A stretch of DNA of 64,000 nucleotides. It comes from Candidatus Bathyarchaeia archaeon. Its GTDB lineage: Archaea > Thermoproteota > Bathyarchaeia > Bathyarchaeales > Bathycorpusculaceae. The notes below the pieces were generated by a model, which did no database searches, was not told where the DNA came from, and saw nothing but the letters and a program-made list of their open reading frames with translations. The stretch is taken from assembly GCA_049515895.1 (NCBI GenBank), contig JBEKTQ010000015.1, positions 1 to 64,000 of the forward strand. The letters are read 5' to 3'. How positions within the stretch are numbered: the stretch's first letter is position 1; every line of letters starts with the position of its first letter. Both the position numbers and the translations under genes were made by a program. Below, piece by piece: positions 48,492-57,072 of this stretch.

Positions 48492-51308
48492 TCATGCAGT
48501 CCAGTTTTTGTAAGGTGCAATGTGTAATGCAGCATTAAGAAGATCATCTAACATATTGTTATCTGATCCCGAAAACTCGGCAGAACCAAGTCTAATAAAA
48601 TCTCCTGAATTTTTCCCGTCTGCTGCGGGAAAGACCTTTACCCAACTACTTGCCATGGAAGAATTAACGACATTTGCCAAAACATAACTTACTTCAGAAG
48701 AACTTATGGGATAAAGGGCTGAATAATTTGAAGATATTCCCCATGCAACACCCTCATTTGTCACCGATGTACTGGATGCATTATAGCTATTGCTAAAATC
48801 TGACTGCACCCCGAGAATATTTATTGAAACCTGCTCTGGCAAAGTTGTGAAAGGTCCATCGCTGTGACCCTCATAGAGAAATGGAGCGTCGCCAATCCAG
48901 ACTACTCTCCCTCCTGCATTGAGAAAGCTACGCACGAGGGAAGTTGAATCCTGACTTGTTAATATTGTATCTGGAACTGTGCCCGTAGGCAAAACTAGAA
49001 CTGATTCGCTGGCTGAATTATTCTCGATTGAATTAGTCATCCATTCATTCAATTTATCAGCATCGAGGCCTGCAAATTCATTTGATTGCAGAAACGTGAC
49101 AATCCCAGTAAGGTTTTGCACCCCTGAAGTTGGATATTTGGAATCAAAGAAGTAGACTTTTGTTAAAGATTCTGCAGTATCTAGCATTTCGTCTGCAAGT
49201 GTGCTGTTAAATTTAATTAACTCTGCATTTCCAACCTGTTTTTCGAGGGAAAAGTACGGGGCTTCTAGCAAATTTTGTGGATTAAAAGTGAATCGTGATG
49301 AATCGTTTTGCCCATAGGTTAAATCTTCAGATCCAATGTAAACATACGAAATATTGTAATACAATAATGAGTCTAATAGTGATATACCAGCGGGTCTTTC
49401 CTTAAGTGCGGTTAGAAGGTTTTCATATTTTGCGGAAAAACTGTCTAAACTGTACGGGTATATTGTCTTTCTCTGCGCTATCGAAGTTACATATTGTCCA
49501 GAATCACCGCTGCTCACTAACACTATTGAATCCATAGGAGTATTAGTTTTCATCCATAGCATGAGGGTTATATCATTCGGACCTAAAACGTCGTATGTCT
49601 TTAGATCTGCTTTCACAACGTTAATTTGACCCTCAAATTCTCGGAAACCGACTACAAAAATATTTCCAAACAAAAGCAAAAGAATAAGTATAGCATATAA
49701 TTTTCTATGAGATGCTCGAAGGCTGCGATTTGCTTTCATGGAAACGCATTTTAACAATAGATCAATGCTAAAAAATAAAAGATAGATTGATACTGCGGCA
49801 AGTAAAATACTAGGTATCAAGATAAATGAAAAAACTCGTTGTGACGGAAACAAATCGTAACCTATAAAAATAATTCTTTTGTTACTCAAAAAAAGCAAAT
49901 AGAAGAACAATAATCCCATCAAACTCATTATCAATAAAGCAGGTTTCAGCAGGAAATTAGGCAACATTGTTTTTACACGCTTTGATTTCAGACAAAACAA
50001 TGCAAGTACCGGAACTGCAATTATTGAAATGAATGTAAATATGAGCACTGTGCCAAACTGTGTTACAAGCAAATTAGGCAAAAAATTTGACAAAATCAAG
50101 TGCCTAATAGCGGTGTCAGTTAACAGGTTTGGAATATCAACCAAGATGGCACCACTTGGAATATCTGAAGCATAACCACCATTGTTGGAAGAGAAAATAA
50201 TATGATAAAGTGAGTTGAAATAAGGTAAAACAAATAAAAGTGGAACTAAAGCAATTAAAAATGATCCGATCTTTCGTCTAGATATATATGAAAAGAAGCT
50301 TTTAATATTCTCAACGAAATTAGCCTTCGCATAATACGTTTTTCTGATAAGGGTAAATGATACGATTATGAGGAACCAAAAGAAAATGAAAAGCATCGAA
50401 ACGGAATAGACTTCTATAGAGAAATAAACAAAAAGTGCCAATAGGAACAAAGAAGAGAATCTTGCACTTTGACTTTCGAAAGGAAGTAACACAACTCCTA
50501 AACTCGAAATGCAGATATAGATCGAAAAAATGAAGGGAACACCACTCCAACCCAATACTTGCCAGATCACTGTCCCGCTAACCAAAAAGACAGAGCAAAA
50601 GCTAGCTATTAATGCTACAATCGAATTTTTGAACAAACTTTTGGCCGACGAATAGAAAGAAAGGGCAATTAGACCTGGAAACAAAGACATAAATAAAGGC
50701 ACAATTTGATAAATCGGTATTCCAAGAATTGTTGCAATGAAGGCACCGATACTATAAAAGCCCATGCCATAAGTCTGCTGAAAAGCGGCATAAGGTGCGG
50801 TTGTGCCTCCAAGTAATGCATGAGGATTGGCTAAAGTTACTCTAAGCATAAAAGTGTGGAACGCGCCATCATCGGCGGTGGATCCGTAATAACCTGAAAT
50901 CAAAGAACTTGATAGTAGCCACGCGGCAACCAGTATTACAAATATTGTAAGGAATACTAAAAGTTCACGTCTTTCATGCAGAATTCCAATTTTAAGAGCC
51001 CCATTCTTCTCTTCTCTTACCAGAAGCAAAAATACCCCAATTATTGTAACAGTTAGGAGAACGTACGAGCTAAATCGAATTGTAATTCCACCTAAAGAAA
51101 AGAGTTCCAAAAAAATCGAGGCAAACGCCATTCCCATTATTATCTTGAGATTTAGTTTTTGAATAAAATCTAACTTAACTAGAGATCTTTGAGCAAAAAG
51201 ATTAGTAATAAGGTGCCCCATCAAAAAGAAAATGGTACATGAGAGAAAAATGAAGGATAGAGGACTAAGAAGCCCTATAGGAAGAACATTAAACACTTTT
51301 CTATTCAC
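48492..51308 (-). CDS. Large polytopic membrane protein (GT-C-like) with extracellular C-terminal domain
   Basis: More than 12 TM helices, DDGAFH loop after the first TM block, WMKTNTP...DSGQY...YVYIG soluble domain. Confidence 0.65.
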   Translation of the reverse strand: MNRKVFNVLPIGLLSPLSFIFLSCTIFFLMGHLITNLFAQRSLVKLDFIQKLNLKIIMGMAFASIFLELFSLGGITIRFSSYVLLTVTIIGVFLLLVREEKNGALKIGILHERRELLVFLTIFVILVAAWLLSSSLISGYYGSTADDGAFHTFMLRVTLANPHALLGGTTAPYAAFQQTYGMGFYSIGAFIATILGIPIYQIVPLFMSLFPGLIALSFYSSAKSLFKNSIVALIASFCSVFLVSGTVIWQVLGWSGVPFIFSIYICISSLGVVLLPFESQSARFSSLFLLALFVYFSIEVYSVSMLFIFFWFLIIVSFTLIRKTYYAKANFVENIKSFFSYISRRKIGSFLIALVPLLFVLPYFNSLYHIIFSSNNGGYASDIPSGAILVDIPNLLTDTAIRHLILSNFLPNLLVTQFGTVLIFTFISIIAVPVLALFCLKSKRVKTMLPNFLLKPALLIMSLMGLLFFYLLFLSNKRIIFIGYDLFPSQRVFSFILIPSILLAAVSIYLLFFSIDLLLKCVSMKANRSLRASHRKLYAILILLLLFGNIFVVGFREFEGQINVVKADLKTYDVLGPNDITLMLWMKTNTPMDSIVLVSSGDSGQYVTSIAQRKTIYPYSLDSFSAKYENLLTALKERPAGISLLDSLLYYNISYVYIGSEDLTYGQNDSSRFTFNPQNLLEAPYFSLEKQVGNAELIKFNSTLADEMLDTAESLTKVYFFDSKYPTSGVQNLTGIVTFLQSNEFAGLDADKLNEWMTNSIENNSASESVLVLPTGTVPDTILTSQDSTSLVRSFLNAGGRVVWIGDAPFLYEGHSDGPFTTLPEQVSINILGVQSDFSNSYNASSTSVTNEGVAWGISSNYSALYPISSSEVSYVLANVVNSSMASSWVKVFPAADGKNSGDFIRLGSAEFSGSDNNMLDDLLNAALHIAPYKNWTA

Positions 51309-52317
51309 ACATTGTTATAGAACGGTATAATTCCAAATGTCTCAAAGCAGCTTTATTCCAATTAAATTCGCTTGCTTTTGATATTGCTCGTGCACCTAGT
51401 CGATCTCGCACGTCAGGATTATTAATCAGAAATAGAATAGAATCACGCAACGCAGCTCTGTCCCCTTGCCTAAGCAAGAAACCCAAATCTTTGGCTATTA
51501 TTTGTTGAAAATCTCCTGTTGAATAAGCAATGACTGGAAGTCCGCACGCCATTGCTTCCACGACAGAGAGACCAAATCCTTCTATTTCTGAAACGTGAAC
51601 ATAAACATCGGAGGCATTTAATAATTCCGCCAGAAGTGGTTCAGGAATACTTTCAAAATGAAGGATTCTTAAAGATTGTTTTTTCGCGAGGTCCAATATA
51701 TCAGGCAAACACTCACCTTTACCTACTAAGATCAGAACAGCATTTTGAATTCCTGATAGTGCTTTAACAATATCAATTTGTCTCTTATGCCTAACCAATC
51801 GTCCCACACTAATAACGACAAAAGATTCGTTTATCTGATATTCATTGCGGGTCTTTTCTCTGATAAGTCGATTGCTAGTAAAAATGTCACTCACTCCATG
51901 ATAAATCACCGAGACTTTTTCGGAGTCTAAACCTTTCCTTAATAAAGCCTGTTTAGTAGCGTAAGATGGAACAATAACGTGTTTCGCTCGCTTACACTGA
52001 TAATATTCGAAGAGACCAAAAGCGGAATAGCGTATTCCTAATCGAGAATAATCATGGTGGTAGGTTTCGACTATGTTGGGGTGCGTGACAAGAAACCCAG
52101 CACCCTCATTTGAATGGACAACATCGTACTTTCTAAAATCCAAAACTGCGTTATTTGCCATAAGAAGCAATGGACCTAAATTTAGCACCCTAAAATTCGT
52201 TGTGAAAATATCCACTGAAACGCCAAGCGATTCAAGTGCCTTTTTCAAATTCCACGAAAATTTTCCAGTACCGAATTCTTGCAGACCATACGCATAAGTT
52301 AAGAAAGCTATCCGCAC
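51301..52317 (-). CDS. GT4 glycosyltransferase
   Basis: VGRLVRHK, EGFGLSVVEAMACGLPV. Confidence 0.92.
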   Translation of the reverse strand: MRIAFLTYAYGLQEFGTGKFSWNLKKALESLGVSVDIFTTNFRVLNLGPLLLMANNAVLDFRKYDVVHSNEGAGFLVTHPNIVETYHHDYSRLGIRYSAFGLFEYYQCKRAKHVIVPSYATKQALLRKGLDSEKVSVIYHGVSDIFTSNRLIREKTRNEYQINESFVVISVGRLVRHKRQIDIVKALSGIQNAVLILVGKGECLPDILDLAKKQSLRILHFESIPEPLLAELLNASDVYVHVSEIEGFGLSVVEAMACGLPVIAYSTGDFQQIIAKDLGFLLRQGDRAALRDSILFLINNPDVRDRLGARAISKASEFNWNKAALRHLELYRSITMCE

Positions 52318-53531
52318 GTAAGATTTGTTCCCTCATTTATTTTTGTTAATACTTCAATCATTCTTTTGCCAATCATTTCAGACGTTAAGAATTCTGAAAC
52401 ATACCGTCGACCATTTAAGCCAAATTTAAGACAAGACTCTCTATCAGTATAAAGAGCTAAAACAGCTTTTGCAAATCCACTTGCATCTTTAGGCTTAACA
52501 ATTATCCCAGACCGGGTTGATTCAACGTATCTTGCAGCTTCCCCGTTTGAAACACATACTATGGGTTTACCGTGAGCTTGATACTCAAAAACTTTTGTAG
52601 GAAGCCCCAAATCCACAATGTTTGAATTCGCCATCGGAAGAATGAAAACATCTGAAGAATTTAAAAAAGATTCCAGATCATCTTTGGAAAGGAAACGAGT
52701 ATCCAGGACTATATTTTGGAGACCAGAGGCTTCAATAGACTGCCTCAGTTTGTCAGCCATTTCCCCAACACCTCTAATAACAAAAAATATGCCCTTCTCA
52801 TTTTCTAATATTTTTGCGCCTTCTAAAACTACTTCAAGATCGTATCCCAAACCCAAAACGCCCGAATACATAACAACAAAACGGTCACCAGAATCATGAA
52901 TAGTATTCATAGGTGGGATTTTTTTTACACCAACTTCGATTACGTGAATCTTAGCTGGATCTATCCCATATTTGGCCACTATGGCGCGTTTATATCCTGT
53001 ACTGATAGGTGTTATTACATCAGGGATTACATAGGATATCCGCGCTAGGAAATCTAGAAATTTCTTAACATATTTTGATCGTACAATCTCCATTTCATAA
53101 AATACTTCGGGCCACAAATCATCAACATTCCTTGCAATGGGTGCTCTCTTAATAATGCCATATGTGATCATAGGGAAAAAAGAGAACAAGTTTGGATTAG
53201 CACCCCAAATTACGTCAGTTTTTCCTACAAAAGGTAGGGCAAATAAAGAAGAAAGAACAAAAGTGAAATGCAAGAAAATTCGTTTTAGATTACTGTTATG
53301 AGGAATTGACGGGATCCAAACCCGACAAACTCTTACAGAACCTAGCAGTTCATTTACCATAGCTTTGTGCCTATATTCTTTCGGGACTATACCATGCGGA
53401 TAATGAGGAAAAGCAGTCACAACGGTGACTTCACAACCACAACTAACTAAACCATTAACCACGTTAGAAGCTCGAGTACTGCCACCACCCATGTCAGGAG
53501 GGAAATATTGAGCTAAGACAAGAACTTTCAT
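52308..53531 (-). CDS. GT4 glycosyltransferase (WbuB-like)
   Basis: QYFPPD, FPHYPHG, DLWPE, PTKVFEY. Confidence 0.9.
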   Translation of the reverse strand: MKVLVLAQYFPPDMGGGSTRASNVVNGLVSCGCEVTVVTAFPHYPHGIVPKEYRHKAMVNELLGSVRVCRVWIPSIPHNSNLKRIFLHFTFVLSSLFALPFVGKTDVIWGANPNLFSFFPMITYGIIKRAPIARNVDDLWPEVFYEMEIVRSKYVKKFLDFLARISYVIPDVITPISTGYKRAIVAKYGIDPAKIHVIEVGVKKIPPMNTIHDSGDRFVVMYSGVLGLGYDLEVVLEGAKILENEKGIFFVIRGVGEMADKLRQSIEASGLQNIVLDTRFLSKDDLESFLNSSDVFILPMANSNIVDLGLPTKVFEYQAHGKPIVCVSNGEAARYVESTRSGIIVKPKDASGFAKAVLALYTDRESCLKFGLNGRRYVSEFLTSEMIGKRMIEVLTKINEGTNLTCG

Positions 53532-53775
53532 GTTAACAACGCCACATGGTTGAACACATACAATTGATGCAACTATTAGCTTTACAGAATTTCATTAAAT
53601 CGTTAATATTCAAACATGATTTTCTTGAATAATGAGCGAAAAATGCCAAAGACATCATGAAAAAGAAGAAGCTACCCTTGTTAACCACTTGGGGTATATT
53701 GGTTGCTTCAGCTAGCAAATTAAAGCCTGAAAAACGTTTTTTGCAAGAAGCTAGGATTATAACTTAAACCGACTT

Positions 53776-54720
53776 TTATTTTTCATTTTTTTTAATTCTT
53801 GAAATAGCGTATAATGTTATAGCAGTTGACAACATGAAAAAAGCCATGAAAATAAATGACATTGAAGCCAAGGCTATATTTGTTACAATTCTATGTTCAT
53901 CAGCATAAAGCTGCAACATCCAAGCTCCAAAAAGGGTGCCTAAAGCTAGGAATATTATTCCGGGTACGCCAACAGCCAGAAGCGGTCTATCTTCAACCAC
54001 TAACCTGATTATTGACTTAAGAAGACCAATTCCATGAGTGAGTGGATGCTCACTTGACGTCTTCTTTCCAGCACTATCTTTGTACTTGCAAGAGATTGGA
54101 ACTTCACAAAATGTTAGGCCGAATTTTTTAAGTTCCATAAGAAGCTCAATACTGGCACCCATACCCATCTCGGACAAAGTTAAACACTCTAGAGCCCGAG
54201 AATTATAAGCTCTGAAACCGCTTTGGGCGTCGCTAACACCGTTTTTGGCGGATCCGTTAACCAATTTAGTGATAACCTTTACGCCAATTTGCCGATAAAT
54301 AGGCATTTCAACTGTACCGTTTTTGTCGATAAACCTGCTGCCAACAACAACGTCACAATCCCCGTTTACTATAGGGTTTATTAAAAGTGGAATCTCTTGA
54401 GGATCATGCTGTCCATCGGCGTCTATAGTGATAAACACGTCTGCATTCAGCGATCGAGCGTTCTTAAATAAACTCTGAAGGGCAGCGCCATATCCTAAAT
54501 TCGAACTATGTTTAATAACATCTGCACCTGAACGTTCAGCAACTTTTGACGTATGATCACTGGAACCATCATCACATACAATAACTTCGTCTGCAAACTT
54601 TTGGGCATCCAAAATTATTCTTGCTATATTTCTTTCTTCATTAAAGGCTGGTATACCGACGACAATGAATGGCTTTGCCTCAGTGAACGCGTTGGTCTCA
54701 ATCGCTTCTATTTCAACCAT
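53776..54720 (-). CDS. GT2 polyprenol-phosphate glycosyltransferase with C-terminal TMs
   Basis: IPAFNEE, DDGSSD, DADGQH, DAQSGFRAY. Confidence 0.9.
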   Translation of the reverse strand: MVEIEAIETNAFTEAKPFIVVGIPAFNEERNIARIILDAQKFADEVIVCDDGSSDHTSKVAERSGADVIKHSSNLGYGAALQSLFKNARSLNADVFITIDADGQHDPQEIPLLINPIVNGDCDVVVGSRFIDKNGTVEMPIYRQIGVKVITKLVNGSAKNGVSDAQSGFRAYNSRALECLTLSEMGMGASIELLMELKKFGLTFCEVPISCKYKDSAGKKTSSEHPLTHGIGLLKSIIRLVVEDRPLLAVGVPGIIFLALGTLFGAWMLQLYADEHRIVTNIALASMSFIFMAFFMLSTAITLYAISRIKKNEK

Positions 54721-54848
54721 TTACCTTTCTTTCCTTCAAGCTAAGAGATACCCAGTTTTTATTGTATGAGCCAATTTAAAAAGGCTACGCATCTCAAATC
54801 TACTTAATAAACATTTGGAGAATAAGCGACGTCGCAAGAAATCCATAT

Positions 54849-55790
54849 TTAGGTGGCAAATGTGTTTTCTTCAATCAGCACTCGGAGGCCATCCCTCAAA
54901 GGAACCATCGGCTTATAACCCAAGAACTTCTCAGCCTTAGAGATATTTGCATAACTATCCTTAATATCGCCGACTCGAGACTTTTCATGACGAATCTCCA
55001 AGTTTGCGTCAGCCAACTTCAAAATTGTTTCAGCTAACTCATTAATAGAAGTGTTCTTGCCAGAGCCGATATTGAAAACTTCGCCCACAGCCTTGCCGTT
55101 TTCCATGGAAGTCAAAACTGCCTCAACCACATCTTTCACATTAACAAAGTCTCTAGTTTGTGAACCATCACCATAAATAACCAAAGGTGACTTCTGCTTC
55201 GTAAATTCGATGAAGCGCGTAATCACTCCGCTATAATCATTCATGCCTTGTCTCGGACCATAAACATTAAAGAAACGTAAAATAACTGACCCTAAAAGTT
55301 TCCTCGCACTAAAGCCCAAACAATAACGTTCGCCCAGCAACTTTGACTCTGCATAAGGCGAAATCGGGTTAGTCCGCGCTTCTTCGGTTAGAGGCAGGAA
55401 TTCAGGATTACCACAAACTGCGCAGCTGGACGCAAAAACGAATCGATCAACTCGCTTTTCAATACTTGAACGAAGCAAATTCAATGTTCCCGTAAGGTTG
55501 ATTTCAAAAGTTAGATCAGGATTCTTAACCGAGAAAGGCACGCTAGTCAAAGCTGCCAAATGAACAACTGTATCGATATCATCAAGAGACTTTCTTACAA
55601 GCGAAGCATCACGAATGTCGCCCTTAACAAAATCCACTTTACCCCAACTCAAATATCTCTGAATATTGGTTAGGCTGCCAGTGGATAAGTCATCAATAAT
55701 CCTAACAGCATAACCGTCGTTAACTAATCGGTCAACCAGATGGCTACCGATAAATCCAGCCCCGCCTGTTACCAAGACTTTCGTGGGCAT
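54849..55790 (-). CDS. NAD-dependent nucleotide-sugar epimerase (GalE/WbpP-like)
   Basis: GGAGFIG, YAESK, RFFNVYGPRQ, GDGSQTRDF. Confidence 0.92.
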   Translation of the reverse strand: MPTKVLVTGGAGFIGSHLVDRLVNDGYAVRIIDDLSTGSLTNIQRYLSWGKVDFVKGDIRDASLVRKSLDDIDTVVHLAALTSVPFSVKNPDLTFEINLTGTLNLLRSSIEKRVDRFVFASSCAVCGNPEFLPLTEEARTNPISPYAESKLLGERYCLGFSARKLLGSVILRFFNVYGPRQGMNDYSGVITRFIEFTKQKSPLVIYGDGSQTRDFVNVKDVVEAVLTSMENGKAVGEVFNIGSGKNTSINELAETILKLADANLEIRHEKSRVGDIKDSYANISKAEKFLGYKPMVPLRDGLRVLIEENTFAT

Positions 55791-55823
55791 GCGAATTAAT
55801 TACCGATTAAATATTTCATAAAG

Positions 55824-56186
55824 TCATCTGTTTGAGTGCATTACAGCCAAGAAAAACGCAAACGACGAATCAGTTGCCCAGTTTTTGGCCGAAGCATTGC
55901 CTAATTTCTGAGCAACTAAACTAATTTTTACGGCAAGCTGAAACCCAATCAACTTCAACGACTTAATGACACTGCTTTCCAAAAGCCCTTCCAACTTACC
56001 AATGACAGCAAAGATACTTTTAGCCAAAGAGGTGCTACGTATGTTTTCTGCTACTTTTATCGTCAAATCAACTAGCACTCTGTCAATTCTAGGCAAGGCT
56101 TTGAACCATACGCCGGCGCGCATGGCTTTTAACTTTAATCTTATCAGTTGTGTTCTATTTAGGTAACTGGAAGCGCCTTCTTGCAT
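55824..56186 (-). CDS. Hypothetical basic protein
   Basis: 120-aa ATG ORF with helical amphipathic composition, same orientation as its neighbours. Confidence 0.65.
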   Translation of the reverse strand: MQEGASSYLNRTQLIRLKLKAMRAGVWFKALPRIDRVLVDLTIKVAENIRSTSLAKSIFAVIGKLEGLLESSVIKSLKLIGFQLAVKISLVAQKLGNASAKNWATDSSFAFFLAVMHSNR

Positions 56187-56394
56187 TTCTGTTTAAGCCG
56201 CCATTTTGCGTTCGATTAACCCTTAGCATGAGTTAACCCTAAAAAGACTTTTGGTAATGAGGACGGAAGGACAAACCAAATATCTTTAGCGGTTTCAGAA
56301 TATTTTTGAAAACAAGGTAAAACTTTGCAGTTTAGACTATTAGACTGGGGTCGAACCCAAGTTTGAAAAAGCAAAGCGCTAAAACGCGTTGGAT

Positions 56395-57063
56395 TTAAGA
56401 TTTAGGTTTTATGCAAAGCAGCTGAAACGCCGTAGTCGGACATTTATATACAAATGGATCGGACAACCTAGAAAGCAAACTTCCAAGAACTTCAGGCTTG
56501 ATGGTAGCTGAACCACTTTCTCCCCTAAGTCCTAGAAGACCATCTATGCCGAAAACGACATAACCGCTTTTGGACATTTCTTGCACTGTCCAACCACACT
56601 TGTGAATTTGCAAAGGATTATCATCTTCAAGGTGACATTTAGGATTGAAACCGTTTGGAGTCGAAATTATTACTTTTTTCTTAGAAATTCTTTCCATGTC
56701 CTCAATTAGCTGCTTCGCTTGAGGCTTCGTTAGGTGCTCTATAACGTCGAAAGCAGCTACACAATCAAAGGAATTATCTTTCAAAGGCAGATAGGTCAAA
56801 TCTGCAAGAATATAATCCTCAAAGTAACCGGTTTTTTTATTTAACCTTAGACTGGGAACATGTCTGTCGATTCCAATAGTACGTTTGTTGCGGACATGTT
56901 TTGCGGCTGGAGATCTGACACCACAACCAAGCTCAATGAAACTATTACAATTAACAAGCTCACTTTTTAGTTTAGATTCCAGAAAACTATTGAATTTTTG
57001 CTTGTAAAACCGTATCAAGCGATGCTGAAAACTTCTGGCATGACTTTGTGGATGGTCTTCCAA
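56395..57063 (-). CDS. Class I SAM methyltransferase
   Basis: IELGCG, SFDCVAAFDVIEHL, STPNG. Confidence 0.85.
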   Translation of the reverse strand: MEDHPQSHARSFQHRLIRFYKQKFNSFLESKLKSELVNCNSFIELGCGVRSPAAKHVRNKRTIGIDRHVPSLRLNKKTGYFEDYILADLTYLPLKDNSFDCVAAFDVIEHLTKPQAKQLIEDMERISKKKVIISTPNGFNPKCHLEDDNPLQIHKCGWTVQEMSKSGYVVFGIDGLLGLRGESGSATIKPEVLGSLLSRLSDPFVYKCPTTAFQLLCIKPKS

Positions 57064-57072
57064 ATCTTTTTT

